Shown here: piece by piece, positions 10,180 to 20,044 of the stretch
Layout of the letters: the number at the start of each line of letters is the position of its first letter
Numbering within the stretch: the first letter of the stretch is position 1
Origin: Prevotellaceae bacterium
Lineage (GTDB): Bacteria; Bacteroidota; Bacteroidia; Bacteroidales; Paludibacteraceae
NCBI GenBank assembly: GCA_020636695.1
Contig: JACJXJ010000004.1
Location: forward strand, 6,135-70,134
Direction of reading: 5' to 3'
Length of the DNA: 64,000 nt
Made by a program: the position numbers and the translations under genes
Notes under the pieces: model-generated
What the model was told of the DNA's origin: nothing
What the model saw: the letters and a program-made list of their open reading frames with translations, nothing else
The model's database searches: none

Positions 10180-11019
10180 TTAATGAATGGTATTTTCTAT
10201 TTGTTGTTGTTCTTGGCGACGGCTCACATCAATCACCCGCACATAGTGCAACGATTGAAAATCAGTTGCTAATTTCAATTCAATATCACAAAATGTTTTA
10301 TGATCCTGATAATCCACATCCTCAACAGTTCCTATAAAAATCCCCTCTGGAAAAATGGCAGAAAAACCACTCGTTACAACCGAATCGCCTACGACCACCT
10401 CAACATGACTAGGAATTTCTGTAAATTGTGCTGCAGTTGAAGAAACGCCATCCCATACCACAGATCCTAAAGCATCATTGCTTTTCAGTTTACCACTTAC
10501 CAATAATTTAGTATTAAGGATAGGTAAAACAACAGAAAAATGCTCCGAAACACTTTCAACAACTCCCACAACTCCCTCATCAGAAACCACACCCATATCA
10601 GGTGCCAAGCCATAATCTTTCCCTTTATTGATTAAAATATAGTTCTGAATTTTGTTAATACTGCTGTAAACCACTTTAGCCGATATAGCACGATAAGCAG
10701 GTGTAACAACGAGCGACGTGTCTTTAAGTGCGGCTAATTTAGTTTCTAGACGAGCTACTTTATTAACCAACATCTCGTTTTCATGAGCCAATCTCTGATT
10801 ATCTGCACCTAAATAGAAATAGTCAGCCCAAGCACTAGTGGTCTCATACACAGAAACGACAAATGCTGTATTTGCTTTATAAATAACGCTTTGTTGAAAT
10901 GCATTTGCATGAAAAATCAACACAAAAGCAATGATTTCCAAGAACAGGAATTCAAAAACTAATGCAAAGCGTGCAAAGAAACGTAATAAAGCTGACATAT
11001 GTGTATTTTGAAAAGACAA
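10180..11019 (-). CDS. mreC: rod shape-determining protein MreC
   Basis: N-terminal TM segment, a coiled-coil region (ENEMLVNKVARLETKLAALK) and a beta-rich C-terminus. It lies immediately downstream of mreB. Confidence 0.85.
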   Translation of the reverse strand: MSFQNTHMSALLRFFARFALVFEFLFLEIIAFVLIFHANAFQQSVIYKANTAFVVSVYETTSAWADYFYLGADNQRLAHENEMLVNKVARLETKLAALKDTSLVVTPAYRAISAKVVYSSINKIQNYILINKGKDYGLAPDMGVVSDEGVVGVVESVSEHFSVVLPILNTKLLVSGKLKSNDALGSVVWDGVSSTAAQFTEIPSHVEVVVGDSVVTSGFSAIFPEGIFIGTVEDVDYQDHKTFCDIELKLATDFQSLHYVRVIDVSRRQEQQQIENTIH

Positions 11020-11071
11020 AGGGTAAAATAAATATTCTACCCTCGTTTTATTTGATTATATTATCACCAAA

Positions 11072-12094
11072 TTAACGTAACAAGAATTGAAACTTGTGTA
11101 CATTTTTAAGCGCGACACCCGTTCCGCGAGCTACTGCATGCAAAGGATCGTCAGCGACATGAAACTGAATTTGAATCTTATCAGTCAAACGTTTAGCCAA
11201 ACCGCGCAACAAAGCTCCACCACCAGCCAAATAAATACCATTTTTAACCAAATCGGCATAAATTTCAGGAGGTGTACTTTCCAAGGCAGCCAAAACAGCC
11301 GCTTCAATCTTCGTAATTGACTTTTCTAGACAATGAGCAATTTCCATATATGAAACTGGAACTTCCATTGGCAACGACGTCATACGATTAGGGCCACGAA
11401 CAATATAGTCTTCAGGTGCTTCATCGCCCAAGTCCGTTAAGGCTGAACCTACATTAATTTTAATCTGTTCTGCAGTGCGTTCTCCTACTTTGATATTATG
11501 TTGACGGTTCATGTACTCCATAATGTCAGCAGTAAAATCATCACCAGCGATACGAATAGACTTATTAGCCACCATACCACCCAGCGAAATCACAGCAATT
11601 TCTGTGGTTCCACCACCGATATCAACCACCATGTTACCAGCAGGCGCTTCTACATCTAAACCAATACCGATAGCGGCAGCCATTGGCTCATAAATCATAT
11701 AAACTTCACGTCCACCAGCATGCTCTGAAGAGTCGCGCACAGCACGAATTTCAACCTCAGTACTTCCCGAAGGGATACCAACTACCATGCGTAATGAAGG
11801 TGTAAACAACTGATTTTTGTGAGGAATTAACTTAATCATTCCACGAATCATCAATTCAGCAGCATAGAAGTCAGCAATTACGCCATCCCTCAATGGGCGA
11901 ACCGTACGTATACCCTCATGTGCTTTACCATGCATTTGCTGAGCCACTTTACCAATGGCAAGCAGCTTATCTGTGCGTCTATCTAAAGCTACAACCGAAG
12001 GTTCATCAACCACAATTTTATCATTAGAAATAATAATGGTATTAGCGGTTCCTAAGTCGATAGCTATTTCCTGCGTAAGAGAAAAAAGTCCCAT
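11072..12094 (-). CDS. mreB: rod shape-determining protein MreB (actin-like ATPase)
   Basis: The motifs IAIDLGTANT, VVDIGGGTTEIAV and GIYLAGGGALLRGL are canonical MreB. Confidence 0.95.
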   Translation of the reverse strand: MGLFSLTQEIAIDLGTANTIIISNDKIVVDEPSVVALDRRTDKLLAIGKVAQQMHGKAHEGIRTVRPLRDGVIADFYAAELMIRGMIKLIPHKNQLFTPSLRMVVGIPSGSTEVEIRAVRDSSEHAGGREVYMIYEPMAAAIGIGLDVEAPAGNMVVDIGGGTTEIAVISLGGMVANKSIRIAGDDFTADIMEYMNRQHNIKVGERTAEQIKINVGSALTDLGDEAPEDYIVRGPNRMTSLPMEVPVSYMEIAHCLEKSITKIEAAVLAALESTPPEIYADLVKNGIYLAGGGALLRGLAKRLTDKIQIQFHVADDPLHAVARGTGVALKNVHKFQFLLR

Positions 12095-12135
12095 AGTTTA
12101 AATATCGTAAGTAGTTTTTTATGTAATTTGAGCTA

Positions 12136-12143
12136 CAAAAGTA
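12136..12143 (-). promoter_or_regulatory. -7 box TACTTTTG for the mreBCD-mrdA-rodA operon
   Basis: Exact TAnnTTTG match on the minus strand, about 40 nt upstream of the mreB ATG. Confidence 0.5.
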
Positions 12144-12226
12144 ATAAAAGAAATTGAAACGCTACTAGCAAGTCACTTAGCTTTTACAAAAACTTATCAA
12201 CAAGCATATTATTATACAATTAATCA

Positions 12227-13723
12227 CTAAACATTTTGTTTAGAAGGGCGTTTCGGACGCAACAACGGCAACTCACGCCACACCACAATGCCGACATATA
12301 TTGCCACCAAAATAGTCCTATACAAAATATTAACAACCGTCCATTCGAATGACACCCAATACATAGCAGCAAACAACAACATGGTTAATCCAAAATACAA
12401 CCCTAACACCTTTAGTTTATAATGAATTGGATAATATTTTTGCCCAAATGCGTAAGATAAAATTACCATCACCACAGCACTTACTAACGCCGCCCATGCC
12501 GAGGCCATGTAACTATAAATTGGGATAAATACAATATTAATAACCAAAGTAACAATAAATCCAATCAATGAAAACCAAGCTCCAAACATAGTTTTATCAA
12601 CCAGTTTGTACCACAACGACAAATTATACATCACGCCTTGTAAAAAATAGGCCATCAATACAATTGGTATAATTCGAATACCTTCACGATATTGAGGGCC
12701 AAGCAATAATTGAAAGATATCAATATAGGCAATGATTATCAGAAAAATAAAAAGTGTCGTAATCACAAAATACTTCATCGCATCGGCATAAGTCGCTTTG
12801 CTATCTGAATCAGAATTCTTTGCAAAAATAAAGGGCTCATACGCAAAACGAAAAGCGTAAGTAAACATCATCATAACCATAGCCACCTTGAAACAAGCGC
12901 CATAAATACCTAATTCACGCATTGCTTCTGCAGGATTCGGATAGACCATTGGGAAAATAATCTTATCAATAGTTTGATTCATAATGCCAGCCACACCCAA
13001 CAACAATAGCGGTAAAGAATATTTCAACATACTACGCAACAAGGTCTTATCAAAATTCCATTTGCCAACAAATACATACGGCAGCAAGGCTAACGTTACC
13101 GTTGTTGTAGAAATAAGATTAGCCACAAAAATATAACCAACGCCATAATTAGGATCATAAAACCAATCGATAAGTTGAGGATAAGACACGGCCAACTTTG
13201 GACAAATAACCAAAAAGAATATATTAAAAATAATATTCACAAAAATCATCAACAACTTCAAACTAGCAAATACAATTGGCTTATTCTTATAACGCAAGTA
13301 GGAAAATGGAATAGAATCAAAAGCATCCATAGAAACTACCACGCCAAGCATTTGAATAAATTCAGGATGGTTTGCATAACCTAATGCGGCTGCAATTTGA
13401 GGTCCAAACACAATGCAAATTACCGAAAATAAAAGAGAAGTCGCGCCCACACTCGTAAGTGTCGTGCTATACACTTTATTGTCGGCTTGCTCATGCTTTG
13501 GTTGCTTATTAATAAAACGGAAATACCCCGTCTCCATACCATAAGTCAAAATAATAACAATCAAGGCTGTCCAAGCATACAAATTAGTCACTATGCCATA
13601 ATCACTTGAATCAACTAAAACATAAGAATACAAAGGTACTAAGCACCAATTTAGAAATCTGCCAACAATACTGCTTACGCCATAAATAGCGGTTTCCTGC
13701 GCCAACTTTTTTAAGCCTGCCAT
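12227..13723 (-). CDS. MOP/Wzx-type oligosaccharide flippase family membrane protein
   Basis: 498-aa ORF with about 14 TM segments and the N-terminal pattern (LAQETAIYGVSSIVGRFLNW) typical of polysaccharide-biosynthesis flippases. Confidence 0.65.
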   Translation of the reverse strand: MAGLKKLAQETAIYGVSSIVGRFLNWCLVPLYSYVLVDSSDYGIVTNLYAWTALIVIILTYGMETGYFRFINKQPKHEQADNKVYSTTLTSVGATSLLFSVICIVFGPQIAAALGYANHPEFIQMLGVVVSMDAFDSIPFSYLRYKNKPIVFASLKLLMIFVNIIFNIFFLVICPKLAVSYPQLIDWFYDPNYGVGYIFVANLISTTTVTLALLPYVFVGKWNFDKTLLRSMLKYSLPLLLLGVAGIMNQTIDKIIFPMVYPNPAEAMRELGIYGACFKVAMVMMMFTYAFRFAYEPFIFAKNSDSDSKATYADAMKYFVITTLFIFLIIIAYIDIFQLLLGPQYREGIRIIPIVLMAYFLQGVMYNLSLWYKLVDKTMFGAWFSLIGFIVTLVINIVFIPIYSYMASAWAALVSAVVMVILSYAFGQKYYPIHYKLKVLGLYFGLTMLLFAAMYWVSFEWTVVNILYRTILVAIYVGIVVWRELPLLRPKRPSKQNV

Positions 13724-13735
13724 TATAGTATCTAT

Positions 13736-14758
13736 TTAAAATAAACTTGTTTGTTCACTTGGTTTTAATCTACCCAAATGTTGATAAGCCAATCCCGTAA
13801 CCTCTCGTCCTCTAGGAGTACGTTTAATAAACCCTTCTTTAATTAAAAATGGTTCATACACCTCTTCTATCGTTCCAGCATCTTCCCCTAGAGCAGTGGC
13901 AATTGTAGTCAATCCTACTGGGCCACCATTAAATTTATCAATAATGGTCAGTAAAATTTTATTATCAATTTCATCCAAACCATATTTATCAATATTAAGC
14001 GCTTCAAGGGCAAAACGTGCAATTTCGACATCTATTTTACCACTGCCTTTCACTTGTGCAAAATCACGCACCCGGCGCAACAAAGCATTGGCCACACGAG
14101 GTGTTCCACGACTACGTAAGGCGATTTCCACCGCCGCATCATCAACTATTGGAACATCCAAAATAGATGCTGAACGTTTAATTATGTCTGCAAGAATTTG
14201 TTCATCATAATATTCGAAATGACAATTAATACCAAAACGTGCACGCAAAGGACTGGTTAGCAAACCACTACGGGTTGTAGCTCCAATCAACGTAAATGGT
14301 TCTAAGTCTATTTGTATTGACCTAGCACTAGGCCCTTTGTCAATCATAATATCAATACGATAATCCTCCATAGCCGAGTAAAGATACTCTTCAACAATTG
14401 GACTCAAACGGTGAATTTCATCAATAAACAACACATCATTACGTTCCAAACCAGTAAGTAAACCAGCTAAATCACCAGGCTTATCAAGTACTGGGCCCGA
14501 AGTTATTTTAAATCCAACGCCCAATTCATTGGCAATAATATTCGACAACGTGGTTTTACCAAGCCCTGGAGGACCATGTAATAACACATGATCTAGACTT
14601 TCGTTACGCTGTTTTGCAGCTTGCACAAAAATCGAGAGGTTTTCTATCGCCTTCTCTTGACCGCGAAAATCGACAAATGATAAAGGACGCAAAGCGCGTT
14701 CTAAATCATTATCACGTTCATTAGGCGATTGATGTATATCAAATTCCGACATATTCAA
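13736..14758 (-). CDS. ruvB: Holliday junction branch migration helicase RuvB
   Basis: [14 protein letters not shown], Walker [10 protein letters not shown], Walker [10 protein letters not shown] and the sensor region [15 protein letters not shown]. Confidence 0.95.
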   Translation of the reverse strand: MNMSEFDIHQSPNERDNDLERALRPLSFVDFRGQEKAIENLSIFVQAAKQRNESLDHVLLHGPPGLGKTTLSNIIANELGVGFKITSGPVLDKPGDLAGLLTGLERNDVLFIDEIHRLSPIVEEYLYSAMEDYRIDIMIDKGPSARSIQIDLEPFTLIGATTRSGLLTSPLRARFGINCHFEYYDEQILADIIKRSASILDVPIVDDAAVEIALRSRGTPRVANALLRRVRDFAQVKGSGKIDVEIARFALEALNIDKYGLDEIDNKILLTIIDKFNGGPVGLTTIATALGEDAGTIEEVYEPFLIKEGFIKRTPRGREVTGLAYQHLGRLKPSEQTSLF

Positions 14759-14793
14759 AAGAATTAATAGCCTGTAAAGGCTGTTTTAAGCTG

Positions 14794-15690
14794 TTATTTT
14801 GTCAACGCTCTAAAAATCTCTTCCATCGATTCCTCCAGTTGACGCATAGTTAGAATCATCATTTTCTTTTCAGTAGCAAAACTAAACAAGAGTTCCCTCA
14901 CGTCCGAACGTGCTGAAATCTGAAACAATTTATCAGACAACGCGTCCACTTTCAAAATATCACTAGAAAGTTGGGCTAAATCGTGACACATTGGCTTCGA
15001 AAATTCAACTTCAAAACGCAACATTTGAGAACCTTGCGTAATAACCGATTCGGCCTCGTCGGCCACAATGTTTCCTTTATTAATAACCACCACACGCTGA
15101 CATAAAGCCTGCACTTCCTGCATAATGTGGGTAGAAAATAGTACCGTTTTTTCCTTACCAACCTCACTAATGAGTTGACGAATCTCCACCAATTGATTTG
15201 GGTCTAAACCAGTAGTTGGCTCATCTAAAATGAGCACTTGCGGATCGTGAATAAGCGCTTGAGCTAATCCTACACGTTGGCGGTAACCCTTAGACAATTG
15301 TCCAATGCGTTTATGACATTCAGCCGTCAAGCCAGTACGCTCAATCATATTTTCAATACGCGCCTTACGATTATCCAATTGGTAAAAATGTACCATAAAA
15401 TCAAGATATTCACGCACATACATGTCCAAGTAAAGTGGATTATGTTCTGGCAAATAACCAATTAAACGACGTGTAGCCAAATTAGATGGTGACACAAGCT
15501 CTCCACAAACAGACACTTGCCCACTATCAGGTTGCACAAAACCTGTAATAATTTTCATCAAGGTGGATTTTCCAGCGCCATTAGGGCCCAAGAAACCAAC
15601 AATCTCGCCTGCCTTTAGTTCTAAATTAATCTGATTTAGAACCACTTTCTGAGCATACGATTTAGAAACATTTTGAACAGATAGTGACAT
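14794..15690 (-). CDS. gldA: ABC transporter ATP-binding protein, GldA-type
   Basis: Walker A GPNGAGKST, signature LSKGYRQR and Walker B LILDEPT. IGYLPEHNPLYLDMYVREYLDF closely matches the GldA sequence as I remember it. Confidence 0.65.
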   Translation of the reverse strand: MSLSVQNVSKSYAQKVVLNQINLELKAGEIVGFLGPNGAGKSTLMKIITGFVQPDSGQVSVCGELVSPSNLATRRLIGYLPEHNPLYLDMYVREYLDFMVHFYQLDNRKARIENMIERTGLTAECHKRIGQLSKGYRQRVGLAQALIHDPQVLILDEPTTGLDPNQLVEIRQLISEVGKEKTVLFSTHIMQEVQALCQRVVVINKGNIVADEAESVITQGSQMLRFEVEFSKPMCHDLAQLSSDILKVDALSDKLFQISARSDVRELLFSFATEKKMMILTMRQLEESMEEIFRALTK

Positions 15691-15815
15691 CTAATAAGGT
15701 ATTAAAAATAAACCTGCAAATATACAAAAAAACTACCAACTTATATGAGTTAGAAAGATATGAGAGAATTTTGCACTTTTTTTTATTTTTTTTTGGAAGG
15801 AATCAAAAAAAGTTT

Positions 15816-15823
15816 TACCTTTG
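15816..15823 (+). promoter_or_regulatory. -7 box TACCTTTG upstream of tRNA-Gln (and possibly of the phe leader/operon)
   Basis: Exact TAnnTTTG match 28 nt upstream of the tRNA-Gln 5' end. I found no second box between the tRNA and the leader ORF. Confidence 0.55.
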
Positions 15824-15850
15824 CACCACTTTTCTAAGGGAAAGCGGTAT

Positions 15851-15921
15851 TGTCTCATGGTGTAATGGTAGCACTACAGTTTTTGGTACTGTCTGTCTAG
15901 GTTCGAATCCTGGTGAGACAA
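15851..15921 (+). tRNA. tRNA-Gln (anticodon TTG)
   Basis: Acceptor TGTCTCA/TGAGACA (U1-A72), anticodon stem ACAGT/ACTGT with loop TTTTGGT, and T arm CTAGG-TTCGAAT-CCTGG. Length 71 nt. Confidence 0.88.
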
Positions 15922-15941
15922 CAATATTAGAAAGATTTTAT

Positions 15942-16007
15942 ATGAAATCATTATTTACTAATTACTTCTTTTTCTACTTTTACTTTAGCAGTAAGAGCAG
16001 GATTTGA
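15942..16007 (+). CDS. Phe/Tyr-rich leader peptide MKSLFTNYFFFYFYFSSKSRI
   Basis: 21 codons plus TGA. Codons 8-15 are all Phe or Tyr. The 3' end overlaps one arm of an alternative helix in the attenuator upstream of pheA. Confidence 0.7.
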   Translation: MKSLFTNYFFFYFYFSSKSRI

Positions 16008-16054
16008 TGTATGTAGTTTCATTTAAAATTTGTAATTATACGAGAATCCTGCTC
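15995..16054 (+). promoter_or_regulatory. antiterminator helix of the phe/tyr attenuator
   Basis: GAGCAGGATT (15995-16004, ending 1 nt before the leader stop) is the exact reverse complement of AATCCTGCTC (16045-16054), which also forms the 5' arm of the terminator. Confidence 0.6.
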
Positions 16055-16080
16055 CAATTCGAGCAGGATTCTTTGTTTTT
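16043..16080 (+). terminator. attenuator terminator immediately upstream of pheA
   Basis: 12-bp perfect stem AGAATCCTGCTC/GAGCAGGATTCT with loop CAATTC, followed by TTGTTTTT. It ends 14 nt before the pheA ATG. Confidence 0.8.
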
Positions 16081-16093
16081 AGATTAAATCAAT

Positions 16094-16942
16094 ATGAATC
16101 AATCACTCCAAGTAGCCATTCAAGGCACACAAGGCTCATTTCATGACATTGCCGCACGCCTCTATTTCGGTAATAAAATCAAGATTCTATCATGCAATAC
16201 ATTCAAAGAATCTATTGATTTAGTACGGAAAGACCCAACCATAGTGGGAGCAATTGCCATAGAAAATACCATTGCAGGAAGTTTGTTACAAAATTACAAC
16301 CTACTGAAAGATAGTGACGTCCGCATTATTGGTGAGCATAAACTGCGTATACAACACAGCTTAGTGACTCTTGAAGGACAAAAGATTGAAGACATTCATG
16401 AAGTTCGTTCGCATTACATGGCACTATTACAATGCGAACAATTTCTATCACAATACCCACACATACAACTTATTGAGGCTGATGATACTGCAAAAAGTGC
16501 TTATCAAATAGCCTCCGAAAAAATACAAGGCATAGCTGGTATTTGTTACGCAGAAACAGCGAAACAATTTGGCCTCCACATTTTAGCAGAAGGTATTGAA
16601 ACCAACAAACACAATTTTACACGGTTTCTAATGGTTTCACATAAAGATAAAGCTGAAGAATTCACGCAAAAAGACACTTGCAACAAGTCATCCATGGTAT
16701 TTTCCCTTCCACACGAACAAGGCAGTTTATCTAAAGTCCTGACTATTCTTTCATTCTACAACATTAATTTAACAAAAATACAATCGTTACCAGTCATTGG
16801 TCATGAGTGGGAATACCTCTTTTACATCGATTTGAGTTTTGATAATTACATACGATACACACAAGCTATCGATGCCATTCGACCATTGATACGCAACATA
16901 AAGATTTTAGGGGAATATACAGAAGGAGCACAAACCATTTAA
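16094..16942 (+). CDS. pheA: prephenate dehydratase
   Basis: VAIQGTQGSFHDIAA N-terminus, TRFLMV motif and a C-terminal ACT domain (SMVFSLPHEQGSL). Confidence 0.9.
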   Translation: MNQSLQVAIQGTQGSFHDIAARLYFGNKIKILSCNTFKESIDLVRKDPTIVGAIAIENTIAGSLLQNYNLLKDSDVRIIGEHKLRIQHSLVTLEGQKIEDIHEVRSHYMALLQCEQFLSQYPHIQLIEADDTAKSAYQIASEKIQGIAGICYAETAKQFGLHILAEGIETNKHNFTRFLMVSHKDKAEEFTQKDTCNKSSMVFSLPHEQGSLSKVLTILSFYNINLTKIQSLPVIGHEWEYLFYIDLSFDNYIRYTQAIDAIRPLIRNIKILGEYTEGAQTI

Positions 16943-16953
16943 CATTGTTGTTT

Positions 16954-18129
16954 ATGAACCAAAGTTTCGTAGGAGCCACACGTTTAGAATCGGTGCAAGA
17001 ATACTACTTCTCGCGCAAACTGAAAGAAATTGCTCGCATGAATGCCGATGGCAAACATGTGATTAGCTTAGGCGTAGGTAGCCCTGATATGCCACCATCG
17101 GAAGAGACTATCAAAACATTGTGTGAACACGCTCATCATAGTGATGCGCATGGCTATCAACCTTATGTAGGGATTCCAGAACTACGCCAATCCTTTGCTG
17201 ATTTCTACAAAAAATGGTATCAGATCACTCTAAATCCGACCAACGAAATTCAACCTTTAATTGGTTCAAAGGAAGGTATTTTACATATCACCTTGGCATT
17301 TGTCAATCCTGGCGAACAAGTTTTGGTCCCAAATCCTGGTTATCCAACATACACATCCCTAAGCACGCTACTTGGCGCAGAAGTTATACCATACAACCTT
17401 ACCGAAGAAAATGGCTGGTTGCCCGATTTCGATGCATTGGAACAGCTAGATTTAAGTAAGGTTAAATTGATGTGGACCAACTATCCTCACATGCCAACAG
17501 GAACAAATGCCACATTAGAATTATACCAAAAACTAGTAGACTTTGGGAAAAAGCATCATATTATCATTGTCAACGACAATCCTTACAGCTTCATTTTAAA
17601 CAAGAAGCCGTTAAGTATTTTACAAATAGAAGGCGCCAAAGACTGTTGTATCGAGCTAAACTCAATGAGTAAAAGCCACAATATGCCAGGTTGGCGCATC
17701 GGCATGGTAGCCTCCAATGCTACGTTTATCGAATGGATATTAAAAGTGAAAAGCAACATCGATTCGGGCATGTTCCGTCCGATGCAATTAGCAGCCGCCA
17801 CAGCACTACACAACGACGAAAGTTGGCACGAAGAAATGAACTACAACTTGTACCAAAAACGACGTCATTTGGCAGAACAAATCTTAGAAACGTTACAATG
17901 CACATACAACAAATCGCAAGTCGGATTATTTGTATGGGGGCGCATTCCCGACCATTATCAACAAGTAGAAGATTTAACGGAAACCATCTTACAAAAAGCA
18001 CACGTTTTTATCACACCTGGTTTCATTTTTGGTAGTAACGGAGCACGTTACATACGCATTTCATTGTGTTGCGACGAACAAAAACTAGCCGAAGCACTGG
18101 ATCGAATCAAACAAAACATAACAGAATAA
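16954..18129 (+). CDS. class I/II PLP-dependent aminotransferase (aromatic/aspartate type)
   Basis: NPGYPTY, a DNPY-type motif and the Lys-containing SMSKSHNMPGWRIG motif. The start was set at the ATG at 16954. Confidence 0.85.
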   Translation: MNQSFVGATRLESVQEYYFSRKLKEIARMNADGKHVISLGVGSPDMPPSEETIKTLCEHAHHSDAHGYQPYVGIPELRQSFADFYKKWYQITLNPTNEIQPLIGSKEGILHITLAFVNPGEQVLVPNPGYPTYTSLSTLLGAEVIPYNLTEENGWLPDFDALEQLDLSKVKLMWTNYPHMPTGTNATLELYQKLVDFGKKHHIIIVNDNPYSFILNKKPLSILQIEGAKDCCIELNSMSKSHNMPGWRIGMVASNATFIEWILKVKSNIDSGMFRPMQLAAATALHNDESWHEEMNYNLYQKRRHLAEQILETLQCTYNKSQVGLFVWGRIPDHYQQVEDLTETILQKAHVFITPGFIFGSNGARYIRISLCCDEQKLAEALDRIKQNITE

Positions 18130-18172
18130 CTATAGAATCACATACTAAAAACCACCTAAAAATCAAACTTAT

Positions 18173-19237
18173 ATGGATTTCGAACGGTTTAAACTTCCCA
18201 AATTAGAACAAAAACGACCTATCATTATTGCTGGGCCATGCAGTGCTGAAACAGAAGAACAAGTATTAACAACGGCTAAAGCATTAGCCAAAAATGGTGT
18301 TCAAATTTACCGTGCTGGCATTTGGAAACCACGCACAAAACCTGGTGGTTTTGAAGGAGTTGGTAGCGAAGGACTACAATGGTTACGCCGAGTAAAAGAA
18401 GAAACAGGTTTGTACACGGCCACCGAAGTTGCCACAGCCAAACATGCATACGAAGCTCTAAAATATGGTGTTGATGTGTTATGGTTAGGCGCGCGAACCA
18501 CGGCCAATCCATTTGCCGTGCAAGAAATTGCCGATGCCTTAAAAGGCGTTGATATTCCTATACTCATCAAAAATCCAGTAAACCCAGATTTAGAACTGTG
18601 GATTGGAGCTATTGAGCGTATTTACAATGCCGGCTTGCACCAAATAGCCGCCATTCATCGTGGTTTCAGCTCATACGATAAAAAACTTTATCGCAATCAA
18701 CCACAATGGCATATTCCTATAGAACTACATCGCCGATTACCAGAGTTACCACTTTTCTGCGACCCAAGTCACATTGGGGGAAAACGCGAACTTATTGCGC
18801 CACTCTCTCAACAAGCGATGGATTTACAATTCGACGGTTTAATCATCGAAAGCCACTGTTCGCCCGATAATGCTTGGAGCGACAAAGACCAACAAGTATC
18901 GCCCGAAGTGTTAGATGTCATCTTACGCAAATTAGTGATTCGTGAAATGAAACAATCTACTGAAGATTTAGTTGATTTGCGTCGTCAGATTGATGATTTA
19001 GACAATACATTATTGGAAATATTGGCTAAACGCATGCGTGTTTCTCAAGCTATTGGAACCTATAAAAAAGAACACGGCATAGCTGTACTTCAAACGGGAC
19101 GTTACAACGAGATTCTTGAAAAACGTATTATGAATGGCGAAAAATTAGGAATGAGCCATGAATTCATGCGCACCATTTTAGAAGCCATTCACGAAGAATC
19201 GGTACGCGTTCAAATCGACTTAATGAATAACGACTAA
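18173..19237 (+). CDS. bifunctional 3-deoxy-7-phosphoheptulonate (DAHP) synthase / chorismate mutase type II
   Basis: N-terminal KDSA/AroG-Ibeta-type TIM barrel (IIAGPCSAE, KPRT, DPSH). The C-terminal ~90 aa form a helical CM_2 domain (LRRQIDDLDNTLLEILAKRMRVSQAIGTYK). Confidence 0.88.
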   Translation: MDFERFKLPKLEQKRPIIIAGPCSAETEEQVLTTAKALAKNGVQIYRAGIWKPRTKPGGFEGVGSEGLQWLRRVKEETGLYTATEVATAKHAYEALKYGVDVLWLGARTTANPFAVQEIADALKGVDIPILIKNPVNPDLELWIGAIERIYNAGLHQIAAIHRGFSSYDKKLYRNQPQWHIPIELHRRLPELPLFCDPSHIGGKRELIAPLSQQAMDLQFDGLIIESHCSPDNAWSDKDQQVSPEVLDVILRKLVIREMKQSTEDLVDLRRQIDDLDNTLLEILAKRMRVSQAIGTYKKEHGIAVLQTGRYNEILEKRIMNGEKLGMSHEFMRTILEAIHEESVRVQIDLMNND

Positions 19238-19249
19238 ATTTGACACACC

Positions 19250-20023
19250 ATGAAAATTCTTATTCTCGGAGCAGGTAAAATGGGTACATTTTTGACCGAC
19301 TGCCTATGCATAAAACACGAAGTGGCGTTGTTCGACACAAATCCTAGCCGATTACGCTTTGTATTTAACACACAAAGATTCACGCAATTAGAAGAAATAA
19401 AAGCGTTTGAACCCGAAATTTGCATTAATGCTGTAACACTAAAATACACGATTAGTGCCTTCGAAAGCGTACTTCCTTTTCTTCCGAAAAATTGCATTTT
19501 ATCAGACATCGCATCAGTTAAAACGGGACTCCAAGAGTTTTATCAACATACAGGTATGCGTTATGTATCAACACACCCGATGTTTGGACCAACATTCGCC
19601 AATCTGTCTGATTTAAGTACTCAAAGTGCCATTATCATAGCCGAAAGCGACCATTTAGGCAAAGCATTTTTCAAGGATTTTTACGGTTCATTGCAATTAA
19701 ATATTTTCGAATACACGTTCGACGAACACGACGAAACAATTGCCTACTCGCTATCCATTCCATTTGTATCCTCACTCGTTTTTGCCGCCGTCATGAAACA
19801 TCAGGAAGCCCCTGGAACTACCTTTAAAAAGCATTTAAATGTGGCTAGAGGCTTACTATCCGAAGATGATTATTTATTGTCTGAAATTCTTTTCAACCCT
19901 CACACCGCCAATCAAATAGAAGCCATCAAAAGTCAAATGACCGAATTACAAAACATTGTAGAACAAAAGAACTTAGTACGCATGCAACAATTCCTCACCA
20001 AAGTCCGCACAAATATTGAATAA
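19250..20023 (+). CDS. tyrA: prephenate dehydrogenase
   Basis: Rossmann fold N-terminus (ILILGAGKMG), an STHPMFGP motif, and position as the last gene of the aromatic amino acid operon. Confidence 0.85.
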   Translation: MKILILGAGKMGTFLTDCLCIKHEVALFDTNPSRLRFVFNTQRFTQLEEIKAFEPEICINAVTLKYTISAFESVLPFLPKNCILSDIASVKTGLQEFYQHTGMRYVSTHPMFGPTFANLSDLSTQSAIIIAESDHLGKAFFKDFYGSLQLNIFEYTFDEHDETIAYSLSIPFVSSLVFAAVMKHQEAPGTTFKKHLNVARGLLSEDDYLLSEILFNPHTANQIEAIKSQMTELQNIVEQKNLVRMQQFLTKVRTNIE

Positions 20024-20044
20024 ATAAACACAAGCTATGTGGCA

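Noticed and set aside
15684-16007. 107-aa ORF in the track that spans the promoter, tRNA-Gln and the leader region.
   Set aside because: It runs straight through a well-folded tRNA-Gln and a low-complexity T-rich promoter region. Only its last 22 codons (from the ATG at 15942) make sense, as the Phe/Tyr leader peptide.
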